This document shows positions 9,853-19,122 of a DNA stretch of 64,000 bases, one piece after another. The position numbers and the translations under genes were made by a program. The notes below the pieces were generated by a model that worked only from the letters and a program-made list of their open reading frames with translations, was not told the origin of the DNA and did not search any database. The first letter of the stretch is position 1, and the number at the start of each line of letters is the position of its first letter. Origin of the DNA: Myxococcota bacterium (GTDB lineage: Bacteria; Myxococcota_A; Polyangia; Nannocystales; Nannocystaceae); assembly GCA_039028615.1 (NCBI GenBank), contig JBCCHT010000002.1:533547-597546 (forward strand), given 5' to 3'.

Positions 9853-12126
9853 ATGGGTACGAAAAGGAGTCGGCGAATCGCGGTGCTGCTCCTTTCGCTC
9901 GCGGCATGTGGCGATGATCTGCCGAGCCAAGGAGGCTCTGCGTCCAGCGACACGGGCACGGCCGACACGGGCCTTCCCGAGGCCGGCACCACCGTGGCGA
10001 CGCCCGACGACGACGACACGACCGGCGCGGGCACGACCAGCGAACCGGGCGATACGGGCTCCGAATCGGGCGATACGGGGCCATTGCCGCCCCCGGAGCT
10101 CAACCCGGAGATCATGCTCACCCGCATGTCGAGCTGGCCCGGCGGGGGACTCGAGCTGACCGTCGCAGTCGAAGACGAGCAGGGCTTCCCCATCACCGCA
10201 GACCTCGGGGACGACCTCGAGCTCCGCTGGCTGGATACCCAACGAAGCGTGCCCATCGCGACCCACGCGGCCGCCCCCGATGCGTCCTCGGGCCACTTGC
10301 TGGTCATGGTCACCCCGGGGGACACCGCCCTCGAGCACACCCACGTGCTGGCCGTCGTGTCCGAGTTGATCGAGCGCAGGCCGGCCGGAGAACGCATCGC
10401 GCTGTACCGCTGGGGCGACGAGGTCGAGCAGCTGGTCGACTTCACCCACGATCGCCAGCGGCTGACCCGAGTCCTGCAGCGCCTGCCCATGGGCACCGCC
10501 GAGGGCAGCGCCATCACACCGACGGATGCGCTCGCCGAGGCGACCCACGAGGTGACGCGGGTCGGCAATAGCCGGGATCGAGGCATGCGCTGGGTCCTGA
10601 TGGTCGGTCGGGACTTCCCGGGAGAGCCGGTCGACGCCGGCCTGCAGACCGTGGACACGGCCTTCGCCCAGTGGGTGTTCCGCGAGCTGGAGCCGCCCGC
10701 CGTCGACCTCATGGGTGCCGGACGCGTCATCGACTGGTTGTCGCCGGGCGGCCTGGCGGCGGCGCTGGTCGAGGCCGAGGCCCGAGCCGAGGACTTTCGC
10801 GACTCCGTCTACGAGATCGGCCTGTGCGGAGTCCCGCCCGAAGGGCGAGCGGCCCAGCTGACCGTGGCTGGGCACGAAGGCGGGCTCATCACGAACCTGA
10901 TCGGGGGTGCCCCCGAAGACCGCTCGTCGAGCCACGAGGCGGGCTGTGAGCCCGAAACGGTGCGAGACGGGCCGCGGCCCTTCCCCGAGGTCATCGACTT
11001 CCGCTTCACCCCAGAGCAGTGGGAGGTCTACGAGCAGCGCCTCGCCACCAACAGCAAGGACGACTTCGAGCTGACGGTCAGTCTGTGGGACGACGCGCCC
11101 GCGGGCGAGGCGGTCGCCCACCTGCGCGGTCAGACCTCGCTGGGCTGCGCGCGGCGCAACTACACCTTGGATCTGGCCACCAACACCGAACGCCACTTGC
11201 TGCCGGGCTCGGCCACCGACGAGTTCTATCTGCTGAGCATGTGCCTGGACGATCGCTACTTGCGGGCGCACACCGTCTACCAGCTCTACGACCAGCTCGG
11301 CGTGTTCCCGCTGTCGTTCAGGCTCGTCGAGCTTCGGCTCGACGGACAAAGCCGCGGCATCTACCTGCTCATGGAGAAGGCCAAGGAGGCGCTGGTCCAA
11401 GACAGCGCCCGCGTACGCTCGGTCATCCGGCGGGGCTTCTCCGGCGGCTCGACCTTCGCCGACGTCAAGCACTCGGCCACCACCGACCAGGAGGCGGCCG
11501 AGGCCTACGACGCGCTGCTCGCCGAGCTGTACCTGCCATCGGGCGACGCCTTGTCCGTGACGCTCGACGAACGACTCGACAGCTCGGCCTACCTGAGGCA
11601 GCTGGCCATGAACACGTTGCTGCGCAACGGCGACTACGTGGACGAGAACTGGCTCGTCTCCACCGACTATCTCCACGCGGATGGCACGGTCGGCGACTGG
11701 TACTCGTTCATGAGCTGGGATCCCGACGACATCTTCTCCAACTGCCACTACGGCGGCGCCTTCGCCTACGCAGACCCCTACGACATCGCCTACTGCGCCG
11801 AAGCCGAGCTCGACGAGATCATCTTGCGTGACCCCGTGACCTACGGGCGCTTCATCGACGTGGTCGAGCTCGTCTCCGAGCAGGTGAGCGAAGCCGTGTT
11901 CGACGAGGCCGTCGACGCGACCGCGGCGGACTTGGTCTACTACCTCCAGCAGCCCGGCATCGCCCCCGCCATGACCGAGCTACTTCAGTCCAACCCGGCG
12001 GCCACCGACCCCGCCGTCGCGCAGCAGGACGTGCTCGACACCGCCGAGTCCCTCAAGCAAGACTACGCGGCTCGGCGCCAGCTCATCGCCGACCGCGTCG
12101 CGGCCTATCGCCTGCTCCACCCCTGA
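9853..12126 (+). CDS. CotH kinase-family lipoprotein with N-terminal VWA-like region
   Basis: Lipobox LAACGDD; LRGQTS, RxNY, VELRLDG..RGIYLLME, WDPD motifs; 'RIALYRW...QLVDFT' VWA-like segment. Confidence 0.75.
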   Translation: MGTKRSRRIAVLLLSLAACGDDLPSQGGSASSDTGTADTGLPEAGTTVATPDDDDTTGAGTTSEPGDTGSESGDTGPLPPPELNPEIMLTRMSSWPGGGLELTVAVEDEQGFPITADLGDDLELRWLDTQRSVPIATHAAAPDASSGHLLVMVTPGDTALEHTHVLAVVSELIERRPAGERIALYRWGDEVEQLVDFTHDRQRLTRVLQRLPMGTAEGSAITPTDALAEATHEVTRVGNSRDRGMRWVLMVGRDFPGEPVDAGLQTVDTAFAQWVFRELEPPAVDLMGAGRVIDWLSPGGLAAALVEAEARAEDFRDSVYEIGLCGVPPEGRAAQLTVAGHEGGLITNLIGGAPEDRSSSHEAGCEPETVRDGPRPFPEVIDFRFTPEQWEVYEQRLATNSKDDFELTVSLWDDAPAGEAVAHLRGQTSLGCARRNYTLDLATNTERHLLPGSATDEFYLLSMCLDDRYLRAHTVYQLYDQLGVFPLSFRLVELRLDGQSRGIYLLMEKAKEALVQDSARVRSVIRRGFSGGSTFADVKHSATTDQEAAEAYDALLAELYLPSGDALSVTLDERLDSSAYLRQLAMNTLLRNGDYVDENWLVSTDYLHADGTVGDWYSFMSWDPDDIFSNCHYGGAFAYADPYDIAYCAEAELDEIILRDPVTYGRFIDVVELVSEQVSEAVFDEAVDATAADLVYYLQQPGIAPAMTELLQSNPAATDPAVAQQDVLDTAESLKQDYAARRQLIADRVAAYRLLHP

Positions 12127-12131
12127 GGGCT

Positions 12132-13592
12132 TCACTCACCGTCGAGCTCGGCCTCGGCCTCCCGGATGACCGAGGCCTCCTCTTCGGGCGCCCCCGCCAC
12201 GAGGTGATGGCGGCTATAGAGCCCGAAGTAGAGCAGGCCCAGCCCCATGGTCACCACCGTCGCGACCACCACCGTGATCGCGGCCCCGCCGTAGAACAGC
12301 GTGGAGCTCATGGCCACGAGCGAGAGCACCAACGCGATGATCGGGGTGATGGGGTAACCCGGGGTGCGATAGGGCCGGTCCAGCTGCGGTGAGCGCCGTC
12401 GCAGCACGAGGTGGCTGACCATCATCATCACGTAGGAGATGAGGGCCGCGAACACGGCGATCTGCATGAGCAGGTCCCCCGTGGCCACGGCCCCGTCGTT
12501 GTAGGCGTCGACGACCCGGATGGTGGCGTAGCCGACCAGCGCGGGCACGATGAGCGCCCAGTGGGGCGCCTGCTTGGAGTTGGTGCGTGACAGCCAGCGG
12601 GGCAGGTAGCCCGCCCGCGACAGCGCGAAGATCTGGCGCGAGTACGCGAAGATGATGCCGAAGAAGCTCGCCACGAGCCCCGCCAGGCCGACCACCGTGG
12701 TCACCCAGTACATCGTCGTGCGCCCCGACACCGCCTCGATTGCGGCCGGCAGCGGGTTTTCGCTCTGGGCCAGGGCACTCGAGCCCGAGGCGGCCGGGCC
12801 CAAGGCCAGCACCACCACCGACAAGGCGACCAACGACAGCATCGCCGCGATCATCCCGCGCGGCAGATCGCGGCTCGGGTCACGGGTCTCCTCGGCCGCC
12901 AGCGGCACGCCTTCGATCGCGAGGTAGAACCAGCCGGCCGCGGGCAGAGCCGCCAAGACGCCGCCGATGCCCCGGGGCAGAAAATCACTCTCGCCCGCGC
13001 TGGGGCTGATGTCGAACAAGCGCGACCACTCGACATGCGGGATCACGGCGATGGCCCACCCGACCACCACGAGCACGGACAGCCCGGTGATGCCCAGCAG
13101 CAGCATCAACGAAGTGCGCGAGCCCATGAGGTTGATGCCCACGAACACCGCATAGGCGATCACGGGCACCCACACTTCGACCCACGGCGGCGGGGCATCG
13201 AACATGCCCGCCACGTAGCCTCCGATGCCGGTCGCGATGGTGGCCGGGGCGACGACGTACTCGATGGTGACCGCCAAGCCGGTCGCGTAGCCCCCCCACG
13301 GACCCAACGCTCGCCGAGCGAAGGCATAGGGGCCACCGGCCACGGGCATCGCCGTCGCCATCTCGGCGATGGAGAAGATCATCGCGACGTACAGCGTGGC
13401 CATGACCGCGGTCGCGATCAGCAAGCCACCCCAGCCGCCTGCGTTCAGCCCGTAGTTCCAGCCGAAGAAATCGCCGGAGATCACATAGCCGACGCCCAGC
13501 CCCCACAGCAGAATCGGTCCGGCCGTCCGCTGGAGGCTGCGTTGCTCGAGATAGTTGGCGTCGACGTCTTCGTACTCGACCGACTCGGCCAT
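12132..13592 (-). CDS. eat: ethanolamine permease / APC amino-acid transporter
   Basis: LLWGLGVGYVISGDFFGWNYG, WFYLAIEGVPLAAEE, about 12 TM segments, C-terminal LVAGAPEEE. Confidence 0.85.
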   Translation of the reverse strand: MAESVEYEDVDANYLEQRSLQRTAGPILLWGLGVGYVISGDFFGWNYGLNAGGWGGLLIATAVMATLYVAMIFSIAEMATAMPVAGGPYAFARRALGPWGGYATGLAVTIEYVVAPATIATGIGGYVAGMFDAPPPWVEVWVPVIAYAVFVGINLMGSRTSLMLLLGITGLSVLVVVGWAIAVIPHVEWSRLFDISPSAGESDFLPRGIGGVLAALPAAGWFYLAIEGVPLAAEETRDPSRDLPRGMIAAMLSLVALSVVVLALGPAASGSSALAQSENPLPAAIEAVSGRTTMYWVTTVVGLAGLVASFFGIIFAYSRQIFALSRAGYLPRWLSRTNSKQAPHWALIVPALVGYATIRVVDAYNDGAVATGDLLMQIAVFAALISYVMMMVSHLVLRRRSPQLDRPYRTPGYPITPIIALVLSLVAMSSTLFYGGAAITVVVATVVTMGLGLLYFGLYSRHHLVAGAPEEEASVIREAEAELDGE

Positions 13593-13680
13593 GGGCCGAA
13601 GGGTCGCATAGACGCGATGGCGACGCGGGCTCGATCTGCGAGTCCCTACGGGGACGAGATCGCGCCCGCGCGCTCGAAGC

Positions 13681-13917
13681 TCAGACCTTCACGCCGCGGC
13701 CGCGCATGTCGGCGAGCACGGCCTCGATGCCGAGCTTGTCGATGATGCGCATGCCGTGGGCCGACAGTCGAAGGCGGACCCAGCGGTTCTCGCTCGGCAC
13801 CCAGTAGCGCTTCGAGTGCAGGTTCGGCATCGTTCGCCGCTTGGTGCGAATGTGCGAGTGCGAGACGTTCATCCCCACCAAGGGACGCTTACCGGTGACC
13901 ATGCAGACCTGAGCCAT
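13681..13917 (-). CDS. rpmB: 50S ribosomal protein L28
   Basis: [38 protein letters not shown] upstream. Confidence 0.97.
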   Translation of the reverse strand: MAQVCMVTGKRPLVGMNVSHSHIRTKRRTMPNLHSKRYWVPSENRWVRLRLSAHGMRIIDKLGIEAVLADMRGRGVKV

Positions 13918-14228
13918 GAGTTTCGCTCCTGAGGGGACGCGGACTGTTGCTCGGGCAGCTTTGGGTGTCAAGAGCGATACGACCGCCCGAATGTGAGCCG
14001 CGAATCGATCCGCAGGGCCGTCATGTAGTTGAAATTACACCTGGGAGGCTTCTGTATTTGAGGTTTGGCTCCTTTTTCAGGATAATATTCCTCGTGGAAG
14101 GGCCGGGTTTGGGAGCTTGCGAGCGCCTCGAGCGTGATCGCGTGATCGTCGCCGATCGATTGGGGGCGATCCGGGCGCCTCGGCAGCGAGCCTTCGCCAA
14201 GGCTCGCCTGCGTGGCCCCTCCCCGGCC

Positions 14229-15143
14229 ATGAGCAACTTCACCTTCTTGGGATCCCTCGCGCTGGTCGCCATGACCGCGTGTGGCCCCGACCTCGTGCCC
14301 ACGCGCAGCGACGACGGCACCACGACCACGGACGCGAGCAGCAGCAGCGGCGCCCCTCGGCCTTCGTCCACGAGCACCTCGACCGCCGACTCCACGAGCA
14401 CGCCCACCACCGAGGCCACCGGACTCGACGAGCCGGGCGTCTCGTTCGTCGACGACGCGGACATCGGCATCAACCTCGGTTGCGACCCCTACGTCCAAGA
14501 TTGTCCCCCCGGACAAAAGTGCGCCTGGTGGGCGAACGATGGCGGAGGCGCTTGGAACGATACGCGGTGTGTGCCCGTCGTCGACGATCCCGCCGCGCGG
14601 GGAGAGCCGTGCACCGTCGTCGAATCGGGAACCAGCGGCCTCGACGACTGTGAGTTCGGCGCGATGTGCTGGGACATCGACCCCGAGACGCTCGAGGGCT
14701 ACTGCGTCGAGCAGTGCTCGGGCAGCGAGCAATGGCCGGCCTGCGAAGACCCCGAGACCACGTGTTCGATCGCAGGGGATGGCTTGGCGCTGTGCCTCCC
14801 CAACTGCAACCCCCTGCATCCCGACGACTGTGCCGAGGACCAAGGCTGCTACCCGATCAACGAGGACTGGCGATGTGCCCCGGATGCCTCGGGCAAGATG
14901 GGAGCCTACGGCGATCCCTGCGAGTTCACCAATGTCTGCTCGCCCGGGCTCATCTGTGGGCACCCGTCGTTCGTCCCCGACTGCGACAGCAGCGTGGGCT
15001 GCTGCACCGAAGTCTGCGATCTCGACGAACCCGAGTGCAGCAACATGGAGCTCGGGGTCGGCTGCACGCCGTGGTGGACCGACTCCAGCACGGCCCCTGT
15101 CGGCTACGACGACGTCGGCGTCTGTGCCCTCCCCCCGCGGTGA
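14229..15143 (+). CDS. Cys-rich lipoprotein, tandem paralog 1
   Basis: Lipobox MTAC, S/T linker, 26-Cys domain beginning CDPYVQDCPPGQKC. Confidence 0.85.
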   Translation: MSNFTFLGSLALVAMTACGPDLVPTRSDDGTTTTDASSSSGAPRPSSTSTSTADSTSTPTTEATGLDEPGVSFVDDADIGINLGCDPYVQDCPPGQKCAWWANDGGGAWNDTRCVPVVDDPAARGEPCTVVESGTSGLDDCEFGAMCWDIDPETLEGYCVEQCSGSEQWPACEDPETTCSIAGDGLALCLPNCNPLHPDDCAEDQGCYPINEDWRCAPDASGKMGAYGDPCEFTNVCSPGLICGHPSFVPDCDSSVGCCTEVCDLDEPECSNMELGVGCTPWWTDSSTAPVGYDDVGVCALPPR

Positions 15144-15146
15144 CGG

Positions 15147-16091
15147 ATGACCATGCGACGTCGCACGCACACTCTGGCTTCGCCCGCCGCTCGGATACCA
15201 ACGGCCGCGCTCGTCGTGGCCCTGACCAGCTGCAGCCCGAGCATCGTGCCCACGCGCAGCAACGACGGCGGTAGTACCACCGACGCCGCGACCAGCGATG
15301 ACACGGGGTCGCCCTCGGCGTCGTCCTCGAGCACCTCGTCGGCCGACACCACCGAAGCCTCACCGACCGACGCGACCGGCCTCGACGAGCCCGGCGTCTC
15401 GTTCGTGGACGACACCGACATCGGCATCGCCCTCGATTGCGACGTCTACGCGCAGGACTGCCCAGCGGGACAAAAATGCACCTGGTGGAATGGCGACGTG
15501 GGCTCGCCATGGAGCCAGACGCGATGTGTGCCGATCGCCGACGACACCACCAACCCGGGAGAGCCGTGCACGGTCCTGGGCACGCCCTATACCGGTCTCG
15601 ACGACTGTCGCCTCGGCGCGATGTGTTGGGACGTCGACTCCGAGACGCTGGAAGGCACCTGCGTCGCGCTGTGCACGGGGAACTGGGACAACCCGATCTG
15701 TGAGAGCCCCGATTCGTACTGCGCCACGGGTGGTGACGGCATCGCGGTGTGTGTCCCGGCGTGCAGCCCCCTGCAGCCGGGCGACTGCGCCGAAGGCCAG
15801 GGCTGCTATCCCGTCGACGACGACTGGGTCTGCGCCCCGGATGCCTCCGGTGAGATGGGGGCCTACGGCGACCCCTGCGAGTTCATCAACGTCTGTGATC
15901 CAGGGCTGGTGTGCGTGGGCAGCTCGGCAGTGCCCGGGTGCGAGGGCTCGGGGTGCTGCACCAACGTGTGCGACCTCGACGATCCCCAGTGCAACGACAC
16001 GGAGCTCGGAGTCGAATGCGTGCCTTGGTACGACAGCAACGCGCCCTTCGGCTACGAACACCTGGGCGCCTGCGTCCTGCCGGAGAAATGA
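15147..16091 (+). CDS. Cys-rich lipoprotein, tandem paralog 2
   Basis: Lipobox LTSC; CDVYAQDCPAGQKC; same Cys spacing as paralog 1. Confidence 0.85.
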   Translation: MTMRRRTHTLASPAARIPTAALVVALTSCSPSIVPTRSNDGGSTTDAATSDDTGSPSASSSSTSSADTTEASPTDATGLDEPGVSFVDDTDIGIALDCDVYAQDCPAGQKCTWWNGDVGSPWSQTRCVPIADDTTNPGEPCTVLGTPYTGLDDCRLGAMCWDVDSETLEGTCVALCTGNWDNPICESPDSYCATGGDGIAVCVPACSPLQPGDCAEGQGCYPVDDDWVCAPDASGEMGAYGDPCEFINVCDPGLVCVGSSAVPGCEGSGCCTNVCDLDDPQCNDTELGVECVPWYDSNAPFGYEHLGACVLPEK

Positions 16092-17038
16092 CCATGCCCC
16101 CGACCGCGCCGACTCTCCTCGTAGACAGACCCCTCGCATGGGCGCAGGCGACATCGCTCGCTGTCGCCCTGATGGGGTGCGGCCCCGATGTCGTCGCCAC
16201 GCGCAGCGACGACGGTGGCACGACATCCGACGCGACCGAGCTCGAGAGCACCGGTTCCCCCACGTCGTCGACGAGCACGTCCGAGGTCGACACCACCGAG
16301 TCACCGCCCATCGACGGCACCGGCCTCGACGAGCCCGGCGTGTCATTCGTGGACGATGCCGACATCGGCGTGGACCTCGACTGCGATCCCTACGCGCAAG
16401 ACTGCCCGGCGGGACAAAAGTGTGCGTGGTGGGGCAGCGACGGCGGGGGCGCATGGAACAGCACCCGGTGCGTCCCCATTGCCGACGATCCCGCCGAGCC
16501 GGGAGAGCCCTGCACGGTCGAGGGCTCGGGCACGACCGGCCTCGACGACTGTCGCCTCGGCTCGATGTGTTGGGACGTCGACCCCAAGCTCCTCGAGGGC
16601 ACCTGTGTCGAACAATGCACGGGCGACGAGAGCAATCCGTCCTGCGAAAACCCGCAGACGACGTGCGCGATCAGTGCCGACGGCCTCGCGCTGTGCCTGC
16701 CCAGCTGCAACCCGCTGCAACCCAGCGACTGCCCCGAGGAGCAGGGCTGCTACCCCATCAGCACCAGCTGGCGCTGTGCTCCCGACGCTTCAGGCGACCT
16801 GGGTGCCTACGGAGACCCCTGCGAGTTCATCAACACCTGTGACCCGGGCCTCGTCTGCGTGAGCCCATCCGCGGTGCCCGGGTGCAAGGGCTTCGGATGT
16901 TGCACCGACGTCTGCGACCTCGACGAGCCCGAGTGCAAGGACATGGAACTCGGGGTCGAGTGCACGCCCTGGACGGACGAGAACAGCACCCCGATCGGCT
17001 ACGAAGACGTGGGCGTGTGCGCGCTGCCCCAACGATGA
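16088..17038 (+). CDS. Cys-rich lipoprotein, tandem paralog 3
   Basis: ATGA overlap with paralog 2; lipobox LMGC; CDPYAQDCPAGQKC. Confidence 0.85.
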   Translation: MTMPPTAPTLLVDRPLAWAQATSLAVALMGCGPDVVATRSDDGGTTSDATELESTGSPTSSTSTSEVDTTESPPIDGTGLDEPGVSFVDDADIGVDLDCDPYAQDCPAGQKCAWWGSDGGGAWNSTRCVPIADDPAEPGEPCTVEGSGTTGLDDCRLGSMCWDVDPKLLEGTCVEQCTGDESNPSCENPQTTCAISADGLALCLPSCNPLQPSDCPEEQGCYPISTSWRCAPDASGDLGAYGDPCEFINTCDPGLVCVSPSAVPGCKGFGCCTDVCDLDEPECKDMELGVECTPWTDENSTPIGYEDVGVCALPQR

Positions 17039-17044
17039 ACTGCC

Positions 17045-17938
17045 ATGAGACGAACTTCGATCGCGTTCCCCCTCCCCATCCTCCTTTCGTGGGCATGCGG
17101 GCCCGACACGGTCGCCTCCACCAGCAACGGTGACAACGCGACGGAAACCTCGGACCCGACCGGCTCGACCAGCGCCTCGGCGGCGTCGACCTCGAACGGC
17201 TCCGCTCCGTCGGTCGACTCCAGCTCGGGCGCCGCGGACACGGTTGCCGAGACCACGATGGGCATCGATCCCGACACCGGTCCCGCCGAGTGCGACATCT
17301 ATGCTCAGGACTGCCCCAAGGGAGAAAAGTGCACCATCTGGGCGAACGACGGCGGTGACGCGGTCAACGCGACTCGGTGCGTGCCCGTGGTGGACGACCC
17401 GGTCGCGCCCGGAGACCCGTGTGTCATCGAGGGCGGCCCGGCCTCGGGCATCGACGACTGTGCCCACGGTGCCTACTGCTGGGATGGCGACCCCACGGCC
17501 CTGGAAGGGATCTGCGTCGATTTCTGCAGCGGGTCCGAAGACGATCCCTTCTGCGACGACCCCGACACCGCCTGCATCATCTCGGCTGATTTTCCCCCGA
17601 TCTGTCGACGCACCTGCAACCCGCTCGAGTCCGACTGCCAGCCCGACGAAGGCTGCTACCCCATCAACGACTATTGGCTGTGCGCCGACGTGAACTGGGA
17701 CGCGGGCTACGGCGAGGCCTGCGACTTCCCTTATGCCTGCCTTCCGGGCCTCGTCTGCCAGGACTCCGAACTCGTCGCGGGTTGCGAGAAAGGAGCAGCT
17801 GGCTGCTGCACGGACCTCTGCAATCTCGTCGACCCCATGTGCCAGGCCGCCAAGGGGGGCGCGATGTGCGAGCCCTGGTTCGAGGAAGCCCCTCCCGGCT
17901 ACGAAAACGTGGGGGTCTGCGTGCTTCCTCCGCCCTGA
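17045..17938 (+). CDS. Cys-rich lipoprotein, tandem paralog 4 (most divergent)
   Basis: Lipobox SWAC; CDIYAQDCPKGEKC; lacks the GLDEPGVSFVDD block. Confidence 0.85.
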   Translation: MRRTSIAFPLPILLSWACGPDTVASTSNGDNATETSDPTGSTSASAASTSNGSAPSVDSSSGAADTVAETTMGIDPDTGPAECDIYAQDCPKGEKCTIWANDGGDAVNATRCVPVVDDPVAPGDPCVIEGGPASGIDDCAHGAYCWDGDPTALEGICVDFCSGSEDDPFCDDPDTACIISADFPPICRRTCNPLESDCQPDEGCYPINDYWLCADVNWDAGYGEACDFPYACLPGLVCQDSELVAGCEKGAAGCCTDLCNLVDPMCQAAKGGAMCEPWFEEAPPGYENVGVCVLPPP

Positions 17939-18020
17939 ACCCGCCGCCGCAGGGCGATCGGAACGATTTCTTCATCAGTCCTCGCTCCCCGGCTCCACCC
18001 ACGGAGTCAGGGGGCGAACG

Positions 18021-19118
18021 ATGCAACACGGCATGAAGGGTCTTGCGCTTTGCTCGCAGGTCGGACTCCTGCTGGGAGGGCTGGGCGTGGTCGGCTGCGA
18101 CGCCGGACGCAGCTCGGTCCGGCCCGATCCCGAGGAAACCGAAGAGGTCGATCCCGAGGACCAAGGCTCCGACCAGGACAACGGCGCGGGAGAGCTGGGG
18201 GCGACCCCGGTGGATCGGCATGGTGCCCTGCACGTGGCCGAGGGCAAGCTCCGCGACGAGAGCGGCGAGCCGGTCCAGCTGCGCGGCGTCAGCAGCATGT
18301 GGCTCAACTGGGAGGACGATGGCTACGCGGAGGACGCGACCGCCCTGCGCTGGATGAGAAACAACTGGGGGCTGACCGTGATCCGGGCGTCCATGGGCAT
18401 CGAGCCCGACGGGGCCTACCTCAGCGAACCCGACCGCGCGCTGTCCCAAGTCCAGACCATCGTCGACAACGCCATCGACGCGGGCGTGTACGTGATCATC
18501 GATTGGCACGACCACAACGCCCACGAAAACCAGGCCGAGGCGGTGGAGTTCTTCCGCGACATGGCCGTGCTCTACGGCGACACGCCCAACGTGCTCTACG
18601 AGCCCTTCAACGAGCCGTTGCAGGTCTCGTGGAGCGGGATCGTCAAGCCCTACCACGAGGCGGTGGTGGCCGCGATTCGGCAGGTCGACCCCGACAACGT
18701 CGTCATCCTGGGTACGCCGAGCTGGTCGCAGCACGTGCACCAGGCCGCGGCCAATCCCGTGGAGGCCGACAACATCATGTACGCCCTGCACTTTTACGCG
18801 TGCACGCACGGGGAGCAGCTGCGCGGCTACGGCCAGCAGGCTCTGCAGCGCGGGGCGGCGCTGTTCGTGACCGAGTGGGGCGCCACCCATGCCGACGGCG
18901 GCCTCGATGGCCTGCTCTGCCTCGACGAAGCCACGCGCTGGCACGAGTGGATGAACGAAAACGACATCGGCTGGGCAGCGTGGAAGCTCGACAACTGCTC
19001 GCCCGACTCGAGCTGCCTGCTCAGCGGCGGCGCATCGCTGCAGGGCGGCTGGACCCTCGACGACCTGCACGGGCACGGGCCCTTCGTACGCGCCCGCATG
19101 CAGGCCGGCATGGAGTAG
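18021..19118 (+). CDS. glycoside hydrolase family 5 (cellulase-like) lipoprotein
   Basis: VQLRGVS, IIDWH, YEPFNEP (acid/base Glu), YALHFYA, FVTEWG (nucleophile Glu); lipobox VVGC. Confidence 0.92.
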   Translation: MQHGMKGLALCSQVGLLLGGLGVVGCDAGRSSVRPDPEETEEVDPEDQGSDQDNGAGELGATPVDRHGALHVAEGKLRDESGEPVQLRGVSSMWLNWEDDGYAEDATALRWMRNNWGLTVIRASMGIEPDGAYLSEPDRALSQVQTIVDNAIDAGVYVIIDWHDHNAHENQAEAVEFFRDMAVLYGDTPNVLYEPFNEPLQVSWSGIVKPYHEAVVAAIRQVDPDNVVILGTPSWSQHVHQAAANPVEADNIMYALHFYACTHGEQLRGYGQQALQRGAALFVTEWGATHADGGLDGLLCLDEATRWHEWMNENDIGWAAWKLDNCSPDSSCLLSGGASLQGGWTLDDLHGHGPFVRARMQAGME

Positions 19119-19122
19119 CGCC

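Noticed and set aside
9766..11748. N-terminal ~660 aa of the 1143-aa minus-strand ORF
   Set aside because: Antisense shadow of the CotH-like gene. Only the part from about 9765 has a lipobox and recognisable repeats.
12132..13592. Ethanolamine utilisation (eut) operon
   Set aside because: Only the permease is present, with no eutB/eutC in the window, so the substrate is assigned at family level only.
14229..17938. Repeated DNA as a possible CRISPR array or DGR template/variable repeat
   Set aside because: The repeats are whole in-frame paralogous genes. There is no repeat-spacer periodicity, no evident adenine-specific variation, and no cas or reverse transcriptase gene in the window.
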